Shown here: one piece after another, positions 38,701 to 50,700 of the stretch | How positions within the stretch are numbered: position 1 is the stretch's first letter | Layout of the letters: every line of letters begins with the position of its first letter | NCBI RefSeq assembly: GCF_009834535.1 | Contig: NC_045705.1 | Location: forward strand, 40,920,001 to 40,984,000 | Direction: 5' to 3' | From: Camelus ferus | Taxonomy: Eukaryota | Length of the DNA: 64,000 nt | Position numbers and translations under genes: made by a program | The notes under the pieces: model-generated | Databases searched by the model: none | What the model was told of the DNA's origin: nothing | The model's input: the letters and a program-made list of their open reading frames with translations, nothing else

Positions 38701-41700
38701 TTCCACTGATCAAAAGAAATGTGTGAAAATAAAGGATAAAAGAGAAAGCAAAGACCTTGAGGCCAAGCACTAATTCATCTCCATGTCATGCAAAACTCAT
38801 CAGACATCCAACACTGTTATATTTAACACGGTCACTTCATGAACGCTCTTGATAATAGCTGTTGATAAACGCTGTTGATTTTGAGTCTCAGCTCTGCTGT
38901 ATGACACGAAGCAAATTGCTTTACCTCTCTGAACTTCACTTTCCTCATCTGTAAAATGGGGATAACAATTCGTCCCTCATATGGTTGCTTATGTCAGTTA
39001 AATGAGGTAATTCATGTAAAACGCTTAGCCAAGTCTTGGCACATGGTGCTCCATCAATGGTAGCTATTATTACTAGACCCACTAGCTACTACAGTCTTAA
39101 AACTCACTATCCTTGAATAAACAGATTGGGATTCTTCAATTCAAAGAAATCTAGTGTTCTAGTAACCAAAAGTAACGCATTATTTTAAAAGAAAAGTTTC
39201 TAGGGTAAGTCTCTTCAGCTCACTCAGGAAAAGTTATTCTCATCTGTTAACCACCCCTTTAGGGGTTCCAGTGCACACAGCATGCAGTGAGGCCACAGAA
39301 GAGCACATAAGCATTTTTAAGCTTAGATGGGCGCATNNNNNNNNNNNNNNNNNNNNNNNNNNNNNNNNNNNNNNNNNNNNNNNNNNNNNNNNNNNNNNNN
39401 NNNNNNNNNNNNNNNNNNNNNNNNNNNNNNNNNNNNNNNNNNNNNNNNNNNNNNNNNNNNNNNNNNNNNNNNNNNNNNNNNNNNATGAATACTGCACAAT
39501 ACAAAATTAAAAAAACAAAACCCAATCAAATTCTTAATAACCAGTGGGTATTGAAATGGTAGATTGAAAGGAGGCACTAAGCCATAAGCCACTGTATTTT
39601 TATTTACTCTATGAAGTACTCCACAGAAGCAAATAAAATTTCTCCACTATTAGTATGTCCTTAAAAAAGTAACTTTCCTGGTCAAGAAACAGTTTTAAGT
39701 ATAAATGATACAGAAACAAGATTACCACATTAATTGAAATGTGATTTCTTAAGTCCTCTACACCTCTATTTTAGGCATGATTTGTTCTGTGCTGGACTTT
39801 GAATCTTTCCCCTTCACACTTCAGCTTTTGAAGACAGCCACAAAATGGTTTTAGAAGCATTAAAATAATTAGCTGAGAACCACAGAAGGCAGGATTCAGA
39901 TGTTTTAACATCTGTGTATAATCGGGTACACAGATGGGTGAATTCTCCAGATCAACAAATGTAGGCTTTTTGGGTTTCATGATCTGGTAAAATTTCCAAC
40001 AAAATGTTGACTATATGAGGTAGTCAACTTTTTATTTTACTTAAGTATTTTAAGGCATGGGGGGTGAGGGACATAGGGTGGGGAACTCCCTTTCCTTTTA
40101 TAAAAGGGAAGTCATTTTAGGACCACAAAGGAAAAAAGGAAAAGAAAAAGGGCACAACCACAGAATAAGAACAGTTCTTCAAATTAAATACATCTAATGT
40201 TTAAAAAAAAATCTCTCTAGAAAGTTCTTAATTTTTCCATTTTGACAGTGAAAACCCCGTCATGGACAAGCCCTCGTCTGAGTACTGTCATTCATCATTG
40301 TATTCTCAGTGCCTAGAACTGTGGCTGGCAATAGGCACTTCAAAAATAGTTGCTAAATCAGTGAATGATTCTATTAATGAGGCAATGAATTTGGGAACCA
40401 CTTCTCTAGATAATACTTTCCTGAAATGCATCCCAGTTTTGCCCAATGTTATTAGGCATTCTACAGTAAATGGATTCTAGGATGAATTAGATTTGGGATG
40501 CTCCGTGTTCAAAATTTAAAAGGTTTCTTACTACAGACCTTCTCAGTGACTTTAATATGCTTTAATACACTAATTACGTGCATTATCTCCCAGCATTCCC
40601 TCCTCTTTTTTAAAAAGAACATATCGAGGTATTGGTTAGTCACGAGCTCAGCCACAAGTCAAACATGTCAGGCTGCTCACCAAAACTATGGTGCCGTTGT
40701 TGTCAGGTTCTTCCCTATTCTCACTCCACCCCCACCCATTTATTTAAAAAATAATTTAGGTTAGAGGATATAAAATGTGACTGTACCGTTTTATACCTCC
40801 TACCTGGCTTAGAATTTAAAAATAACTTCTCTGGGCTCTGTCTGGGTGCTTATTTGATTATTTCAGTTCCAGATAGGCTTTGTGCTGTTCAGTGCTTTAA
40901 CACAGCTATGCACATTAAGCCATAGTCTCCAAAGTAAGTGCAAATTTTCAAGCTTTTCACTTCCTATGGGTCAATTTACCCTAGTAACTCACAAGGTAGC
41001 TTAGTAAAGGGCTACTTCAAGTTTAACATGCTGACTTATACTCTTGCCTGGTTTCAGAGACTGGAATTTCACTGCCGTTTCCTCACCAGTAACTAATGCT
41101 AAGGGGGCTTCAGCTTGATTAATTAGGATTAAAGGTATATTCTTTGGTTAGTGTTCAAGAGGCCCTACAGCTACTTGCAAAGGAATCCAAACCTCACAAG
41201 TCAGCCACTCAGTAAAGCTCATTTGTTTTCACTGACACTCAAGGGAGCTAGACAGTGACAAATTCTATTAATTTCCTACTAAGGAAGGTGATCAACACTA
41301 GTTGCTGTGCAACTTCGATTAAAATGTTCCAGCCAGAGAGCATCGTTTATCATTTTATCACCCTAATCAGGTAACTTCCTATTTGTTCCTGGATTTCTCT
41401 CCTAAAATACCCATGTTGATCAGAACAGCAAACTGAGACAAGCCCTGTGTTTTATAGCTTGGCTGAAACCAGTCCCTCCAAGTCCACTTAGATGAATGCA
41501 GTCATCGATTAAGATCTTCCTCCATTTAGCTAAGGCTAGAGCCAAAGAAATGCAGCAGGCCAGGCAATGGCCTTAGGTGGAATCAGGTGAAGTCATCTGA
41601 CTGAGTCATACTTTAAAAGGGGAATATTCAACAGATAATTGAAAGAGAGAGGGAGAGAGTGGGAATGAAAACACCACAGCACAAGGAATCTGAGGGAAAG

Positions 41701-44700
41701 TTCCAGTCTTGCACTTGGTTCCTGGTACTTAGCCATGACTATCGTAAAAATATTGCTCCTAAAAGGGAAATATGTGCCCATTTGTGCCACTTTCTTGTCA
41801 CAAATTTTACTAGAGACTTCTGTATGGACTGCCAATTAAGAAATTCTAAGTATTTCCAAAAGGAATGCTAGCTTGAATGTTTCAGAGTTACTCTCTAAAC
41901 CCTCAAAGTTCTTTTTAAAATATTTCTGAAATCTAAAAATTTTATTGTTGATTAGTGAGAATAAAGTCAGATTCTGAAACACTGTCTTATGGGTAAAGCT
42001 ATCTCAATGTAACACATCTGATTAAAGAATATAAAAGGAAATGTAATTTTTTAATTAAGAGAAGATAGGGAGAAGTAAAGTACAAAGAAGAATTTGGCAC
42101 CATTTGGGATTGTCAAATTAATCCCAACTTTAAAAACTATATCATCCTTTACGTCAGCATCACATAAATCAACTCATTAACCAAATGGGTTAAAAACTTC
42201 AAAATGCTCACTGGAAGAATCTCTCCAGCTTTCTGCATAAGAACCGATGTTCCCATCTGAAAAGTCGGAGTCAGAAAAACCTTCGTTTTCTTCCTTTTTC
42301 TCTTGTCTCTTACATGACGATGCCAAAATCAATTCAACTTTACTTGTTTTTGTAAAGTTTTCTTTGTTTGCTGGGAGAGGAATGGGTTGCATATTTCTGG
42401 GTACATTAATTGCCTCAGGAGCCTCTTTGAAGCCAGGCTCCTGGAAAGACCCTTCTGGAACTGCTGCAACCTCGCTTTCACTGTCCCTGTCCCCTGGGGG
42501 TTTTATAGTTTCAAAGGTCCCTACTTCATGGTCCACAGGAAGTGGTGAGGTCCCAGGGATCTCAACCCCACTTTCAGAACCACAGAGATCTACTGATAAA
42601 TCAGTCACAGCTTTGCCTCTTCTCAACACTTTATCACGTTGGTTGACCTGAGATTTGAAAATATTCCTCTTAAGCGTCATTTCAGAGGCCTCTGAGGCTG
42701 TCCAGTAAAGGGGGGGCGCTTTCCCCAAGAACCTGGCCTGCTTTGACTGTGAAGGCTCCTTCCCAGGAGCTCCTTCCTTTGCTGACACTTGGAGCTGATA
42801 GCAAGAACCGTTAGACATTTCTTTAAGGAGTTTCTCAAAACCAGTATCAAAAGCACTCTCAGTTACTGATGGAGCCTCAGACTTTTTTATTGTTTCTTTT
42901 ATTTCCTTAGGATGGAACTCAGAAGCAGCTTGCCTGGGCACCATCGTACTACCTATTAACCTTGCTGAATAGAGAGTCCCTGTATCGCTGTCGTATTTTG
43001 TACAGGAGGTTCCGACTGTTTCCTTCAGTAGTTTTTCTAAGCCAGCATTGAATTCAAGGAGCTCTGATTTAGGCTGAATAATAGTTTCCCTCACAATTTC
43101 TGTCACTTCCTTAGGTAACACTTTGCCATCCTGAGCAACAGTAGAACCAGATGAGCTAAGGGTTTGTTCTGATGGAGACATATGGGCAGCTAAGTAAGAT
43201 CCAACCTCATGAGTTTCATCAGGAACTACACTGGAAGAATAAAAATCCTTTCTGCCTGGAACTATGAACTCCATTGTAGCCCGTGGTGAGACAACTCCCA
43301 GAGAATTCTGGGGGTTACCTGCTACCCACACTCCTTCAGGAAATTCTGCTTTTACTTTTCCAGAAACTGCTTCCTTCCCAACTGGATAACTCAACAAAGC
43401 TTCTCTAAGTAGCTTCTGTAATACAGCATTTACATCATTCAATGCAGGTTTGGGTGGAAGAGTAACTTTTTCTATAGTCTCTGAGATTTCCCTTGGAGAA
43501 GGCAGTGCCTTATCCTGAGGAGCAAGATGAGCATCTCTGGAAGAAGGCATATCTTGAGGACAGTTGGCCATATCCCCCCAAAAACCCTTCCTGTGACGAT
43601 CGGAAGGCTGATCTAATAGGTGAGAACCTTCTGCAGCCATCTGAGATGAGCTCTCCGTGTTTAGCTGGCACTCACCACTTTGAGCTTCCTGGGAGAGAGC
43701 AGTATTTCCCAAAGTTTCTCCCCTCTCTGGAAAAGGAGCTATTATCTCTCTCTGATAGGCTGATGTGTTCTGACTCTGTTCTATCCCTTTTTCAAAAACT
43801 CTACTCTCTACAGACTCAGAGTTGATGCTAGTGGTAATGGGTTCACACTTGGTTTGCAAGGGAGAAGGTGGATTTCCAGTTGCTTCCTTCAGGAGTTTGT
43901 CTAGACTAGTAGTCAGAGGGTTCAGATTGACCTTTGGAGGAGCTACTGTTTTGTCTACATGCTCATTAATGATCTCCTTAGGTCTTTTGGCTTCTTTCTC
44001 AGTATTGGTAAAATCTGTTTTTTGAGGCCATGTCGTATTTTCAGAAACACCTGGTTCAAGTACTTGTTTTTCATGAAATTTTCCACCAGGAGGCTGGATT
44101 ACTGGTGATGCAGCTTCTGCAAGCAGCTTCTGTAAGCTGTCGTTAAACGTGTCTTTGTAGTCTTTAGACAAAACGGTTGTTTTCACTATGGATTCTTGGA
44201 TCTCTTGATCAGAGTAATCCTTTTCTTCCTTGAACGCTGGAGTAACAAACCATTCCGTATTTTTCCCCATGTTTTTCTTTGATGACTCATTTCCTGGCAA
44301 CTGATGAGTGAACTTTCTGGGTGGTCTCAGTGGAAATGTGGTTTCATCTGGTAACACCTGGAGTGTGCCCTCTGAATTTAATTTCTCTATTTCCTCTCTT
44401 GCCGGAACTTTTTTCTGGCTTAGAAGCATCTCTCTTTCATGGGTATTTTTCCCTGATGATTTACTATCACTGAAGTCTTTGTGTTTCTGGCTATTAAAAG
44501 GCACAGAATTTATTTGGCTTGTTGTGGTAGTTTTCTTCTCAATATTATCTTGATTGTTTGGATTGGCCTCTAAGTCCCAAAACTTTCTCAAATTCTCAAA
44601 TTGAGAGTGATTATAGACCTGTTCTGTACTGGGCTCATCCATTCTTTCTTTTAGGGACATAACTTTAAAGCTGGGGTTTGATTCACCAACTAGAGGTCTG

Positions 44701-47700
44701 TTTTCCTCCAGAGGAGTATGTATTTCACTCCCAACGTTTGAAGGATGTCGCAGTGGCAGTGAAGAAATGTCCTTTTCAGAACGTAAACTCTCTGTCACTG
44801 GTAATCTTTTTACAGGCTCAGTTGTCTTATTCTGAAACAGAGACACTTTAACTGACTGGTCAGCTGAAAGGTAATTTTTGGATGGACCTGATGTTTGGGG
44901 CCTGGTCTCTTTCGGTGTATTTGAGGAATAAAAACTGGAGAGATGGGCTACTTGGCCATCCTTATCTAGGACCACTTGTTTGACAGTGATTTGATTATTG
45001 TGTTTACTATGGCCAGTAGATAAACTGTCCATGGACGTCACAGGCTGACAGGCTTTAGCAGAAGGTCGTTCCTGACTGAATGAAGTTGTGGGTTCTTTAT
45101 GAGTCAACTTAGTAGCAGCTTTCTCACCTTCCCAAAAGGATATTCTGTCACTCACTCGTTTGTATTTCTCCCTTTGCACTTGGCTCTCGGGAACCTCACC
45201 AGCCTCTTGTAGTTGGACCTCAGGCTTCTTCCAAGGAGATCTGTTGTTGGCAGCACCAGGTGATGGCTCAGTATCCTCTGGTTCTAGAGAAGCTTTTAGA
45301 AGGTAAGTATCTCTTCCTTTGCACTCTCCCTCTGCCTTCATGCTGTCTTTCAAACTCAGTTCTCTGACAATCGTTGAAGAGTCAAAATTCACTTCTGATT
45401 TTCCTCTATTTTTTTCATAAACGTGAAGCTCAGGCTCTGCTTCACCTAAGCTGCCAACACCCTTAACATTGCATGGAACGTGGTCTTCTGCATCAGATCC
45501 TTTGCGAATGCTGTAGGAATAGCTATTGGTTGGAGGAAGTACCTCAATTCCTTCTCCTATGTTTTTTGAAACTTGGCTGTAGTCCACAGTTTTATTCTCT
45601 TGATTTGGGCTGTAGATTTCAAATGGTTGCAATATGCCTGGGCTTTCCTTGCCTTGTGGGGACAAGTGAATAGATTTGGGCTTGATATTCACAGTACCAT
45701 CTCGGCAATTTCCAGAAGGCAGCATATTTTCCTCAACCTGGAACATTGAATCAGATCCTATAGGTGTCAACTCAACTTTGGTGGAAAACAGAGCCTTTGA
45801 GCCATTTTCTTTTTGACTGGTATCATCCATCACCAAGGCAAGAGCAATCCGTGCCTCTGAGTCTGTTTTTTCTCTGGACTCTGTTCCTCGAGGATGTTGG
45901 AGAGATACCTCACTGCCATCTGAATGAGAACTTCGGTTAAACCAGTCTAGGACTTTAGATATGGAATCATCAGTTGTCTTCCTTATCTCAGTGGCATATG
46001 GACCAGAGCATGAAGACGTCTTAGCTCTCAGGGCCTTACCTTGCTGATGGTCTTTAGAACTGCAATCTGGCACCTGAGATGGCTCAGGCTCAACGTGAGA
46101 CAGTTCATCTGTAACACAGAAATGCTTTTCTAAATAAGAAAAGACAATGCTTAAAGAATTATTATTCAGTCACTCACATTTTCTTTTAAAGAGGCACTTT
46201 GTACTTAATACTTTTCACACAGTAGCTGTTTCCATCAGCATTTATCAGGAGTTATAATGTAAGCCATCCTAATTAAGATATTCTATCAAAGATGCTCTAC
46301 AACAATAAAGAAAGGTAAACACAGACAGACCCATGGAAGTAGGGGGTATAGGGAGAATTGGGAAATTTCTTTCAAGTCTCTGTTTTATTTTTAAAATTCA
46401 TGTGAATTTTGTATTCTGATCCACATTACATTTTAAGTATTAGTTTTCTCCTAGTCGCAAATCTTTGCATGTAACGGACACTCCAATAAGATACACCACA
46501 TTGATTTTATGACACCACCTATCCACTGGCACATCCATAAACCCTAGACAGGGCTTATGCTCAGGTTTGAGAAACACAGACTTAGATTTCAGGAGTCGGA
46601 AAAACAACTTTTAGGGAAAATGAAACAAGGAGTTCCCTCCAGAACATCAGAATGGCACAGTGAGGATATCTGCATTCCTGGGCCTTACTCCTGATATACT
46701 GAACCAGAATCTCTGAAGATGGGGCCTAGGAACCTTTCCTCCCAGCCATCCAGTGATTGCTTTGCTTACTGGGGCTTGAGGACCATGGTCTAAGAGGCTC
46801 CTCCACCATCCCCTACTTCCCTCCTACAGGTTTTAAGTTGGAGGTTGTTTTTGTGAGACAAAGTAAAATGAGGACTGATGGAGAATGTGATTTCTACCTG
46901 CCCCCTGATGTTTTCTAATCAATAGCTAGGAGGTTGAGAAGGATATTTAAGTTCTCTCTAAGCTGTGAAGAAAGCAGGGAGAGCCCTTGCTGGGCCCTGA
47001 TCACAGGGCGTGTGGTACGTGCAGGTGAGGGTGCTCAGGCTTTCTTTCCCTTTAGTTAAGACGCGGGTGTTTCAGCATTTCTTCCTCTTCCTGCTCAGCT
47101 GTAAGCTACACAATACAGGTTCCTGAAAATCATATGAGCTGAATTCTTACGAAATTCAGTTACATTTCAAATACACCAGAGGAGGTATCAGTTAATAAAA
47201 TTCTCTCTTTAATTTTAATCAGTCAACTCTGGCTAAATGTGAAAACAGTCTTATACAATAATTGGCATATAGTGGATACTGGTTTCCTTTCTGAATTATA
47301 CATTATATTATTAAATATATGCCAATAATGGTAAAGTTCCTTTGAGAAATCTTTAAGTATTCTTTAACTGTTAGTCTGTTTAACAAAAGACTAATGATGT
47401 GGGGGGGGGGGGGAAATGCTTGTAACATACTGTTAGCCAAGAAAGAAGTCTGGACAGTTAAAGCATAATTTTAAATTATATCCATACCTGAAAATTATTG
47501 AAAGGCCCTACAATGACATGTTGGCAATAGTTAATGCTGGGTGATGACATCACAGACGATAACTGTTTTATTCTGTGTGCATTTCTTTTCAAATGTTTTT
47601 ATACTTTTCAAAAGATTATGTATATTACTTTAAAAATAGAGTTTTTTAAAAATTCAATGCCAGGATGTTTTGTTTCCTTTGAGGAATCCTTTTGTTTTGT

Positions 47701-50700
47701 TTTCCTCTAGTATAATAATGAGTGTGATATTGATTGTCCTGAAACTCAGAGCTAGTCAAAGTCTTATAATTCACACAACTAGAGTTTACTATTTTTTGGT
47801 CCTGACTTTCTTTTTATGTTCCATTATTTACTTGCATATATTTTTGTGGTAAGCAGGGTATTAATGAGTAAGCAGAACTTAGTTTATAAGCTCTGAGGCC
47901 AGAAGGCTTATCTGTCAATCAAAATGGATTTAGCTGGGGTTTTCTTCCCAAATTTCATGGTAAGTTGGGATTTAAAAATCACAAATAAATAGTTGATACA
48001 AAATTATAAAGGTAGTCAGTCAGAAAGCAGGTGGAAAAACAGAAAAGGTTTACCAATTTTTTTCTATGGATTATAACAAATGAAAATATTACCATGGAAA
48101 TTTTTTTCATCTTTTGGATAAACATTTAAGCAAGCATCATCCAGTTAAGTGCTAGTGTTGACTCAAACTTTAGTAATTTCCTTAAAATGAGTTACTTTAT
48201 ATCTTGAAGAACCACCTGCTAATTTTTAATTAAAAAATATTTTGTTCTGTTCAAAAGATTTAAAATGTCCAGGGGGAGGGGTGTTGGAAATGCTTTGTCC
48301 TTTAAGAAGTGGATTGATCTGAACAAGCATGAAACTGTAGGGCTGGGCAAAAGTGACTAAGGGTCAACTTAATACTGCCTGATAAGGGAGGGGGAGAGCA
48401 AATGATTTAGTAACTTAACTGTTGCTATTGTAAATTTTCCTGACTATAAAAATTATCATAGGGTTGGATTAAGACTTAGTGAAGATGGGAGAGAGTATAC
48501 AAAACAATTTTTCCCATTTTTTTTTAAACATAAGAATTATGAAGTAAATTGTGTAGGTATGAGAAAGTGGTTTGAAGCATCTTCTGAGAGTTTTAAGATC
48601 TTTAAGAGAAGGCTAGGTAGCAGGTTAGCAGGAAAAAGCAGTGCTCTCACTGCCTCTCAACTCATACCAGCTGAAGGAGAAAGTTCCTTCAGAGCATTTA
48701 AAGTCTAGGAACAAATGGATGGAGGCCCTGGGCAGGCCAAAGTATGAAGCTTTTTAATAGTAAGCATTTAAAGTCCAGTTTTCCATCCTTTGAAGCTAGA
48801 GTGAAGCTTCTCCTGAAATTAAAAGAGAAACCAAAGTTTGGTTAAATGGTAATTGATAAATTTGCATTAGGTGAATAATAATATATTTACTCTGTACAAA
48901 GGTATCAGTGTATGTTTAATGCTCACTCTGTATGTACACCTTGATTTAACTTAAAGGACTATAATTTGTTTAGTTAAATAATTGATAAAATCACATTTTT
49001 CAGGATTAAGCATACTGGACCAGAAACTGTAGTATTTTTGTTCTTTTAGTTATTGGGGATTGAGAAAAACCTCCAAACCCATTAAGTGGTATAAACATTC
49101 CCCAGCGGCATCTGCCTGAATTTTAGCTGGAATACCCAGAAGGCAAAAAGAGGCTTCTTATCAGGCTGCTTGGCTGGCCTGGCCATCCCAAGCTCACTGG
49201 GTCAGTTTTGTAGCCTGGTAGTGACAGATCTCTTACCAGCAGGGCTCTGAGACAATTCTGATTCAAGGCTTGACAATTCTGATGAGTTAGCTTTCTGTTC
49301 ATCGATGGTGTGTGAATTCTCAGTGGACTGTGGTCTTGCAGATAAAACTTCCTTGGGAGAATCGTGCTCATTAATTGGAAAAGAGTCAGAAGTCGTTGGC
49401 TGATGTGTTTCAGTTTTTGATGTACTTGGGCTTGAGGCTGATGGCTGAAAAGGCAAAGGCTTTCTGTATTGGGAAGGCTTAGGGTCATTCCAAAAGTCAT
49501 CTAGGTCACCTGCATCTTCTGCTCCATTCTTCAACCTGTCAGATTCTAAAACACTGAATTCTCCCACTTCCCGGCCATGGATGAGTCCAGGACTCTGTGG
49601 GAGTTCATCCTTTACTGCAGAGAATCTCACGTGTTTTAATGGCTCCAGTGAGTTTGAGGAAGAGTCATCTTCTAGCAAATGCTCATGCTCCTTCTCAGAA
49701 ATTCTCTCGTGGATAGTTAGGACAGGAGACACAATCTTGCTTTTGGGTTCAAAGTTTTGATGAAAACGAACAGTTTCTGAGTCTGTGCTACTGGAACTGG
49801 AATTGCGTTTCAGGATCCCTCTTGGAGCCCCACCTCTGTTCAGGGAGTCTGCCCTTTGTCTAGGAAGAGACTGGTTATCATCCCGCTTTAAATCATGTGA
49901 TTTGTAGATCATTTTCCTGGCTTTGGGGATTGGAGGCTTGATTTGGGACCCATTCTCAGGACCTGGAAAAGTCTGCTTTGGTTTCTCTAACTTTTGGCTT
50001 GAAATGTTTGGGAGAGATGATTTTTCTTTTGATTCTGACAACTCACCTGAAAATTAAAACATATTAGATGATATACAAAATGAAGAGTAACGCTATAATT
50101 TAAAACGTCTATCATAGATAGACAATCTACATTTAGCAAAAGCACTAAAACATTAAAGACAATAAGGCATGTAGCATTAGTGCAGCATTAGTTCATGCAT
50201 GAACTTCACTGAACTGTACATGTAAGATTGCTGTGCTTTACATACATACTTTGTGGTATTTTCTACTCAATAACAAAATTTTTTTAAACAATTTAAAAAA
50301 ATTCCTCAAGGAGGGTAAAGGAAAAACACAAGTCACTTTAAAAAAATTCATGCATGGAAACCAGAAAATGGGAGCTCAATTTTTTAAAAAGGAAATCTTA
50401 ATACTTAAAACAAAAATTACTTTTGTCAAAAAGATAAAAAAAAAAAAGAAAAACAGGTAACATGTTCCAGTGACTTTTTCCTGTAAAATACTTTATGCTA
50501 TGTAAATTGTATACAATGCAGAGGAAAAATATACTAATATTAAAACAGGCTAATTGAAATTCTTAACTCTACTGTTTGTTAATTTTCTACCCTTTGCCCA
50601 ATCTTTAATGTTTGTGGAATCTTCTTACAGTTGTTTTTGAAGAGATTAAATTGTCTAATACTTCTTCTTAGTGGTGTGCAAGAATGGTAAAATTCCGTAA

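Noticed and set aside
29232-39592. ORF-track entries containing long X runs (also at 28-353 and 11970-12398)
   Set aside because: These are artefacts of translating through N gaps.
40652-40670. p53-like element CAAG...CATG
   Set aside because: The cores are 5 nt apart rather than 6, and the flanks have several mismatches.
41941-42211. Read-through tail [11 protein letters not shown] plus a downstream AATAAA (41946-41941) as an intronic poly(A) isoform
   Set aside because: The stop comes 12 codons after a phase-compatible donor, and AATAAA is common in this AT-rich intron. It cannot be supported without 3'-end data.
42247-45673. Several plus-strand ORFs (134, 110, 81, 67 and 66 aa) in the giant exon
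   Set aside because: These are antisense shadow frames of SYTL2 with low-complexity translations.
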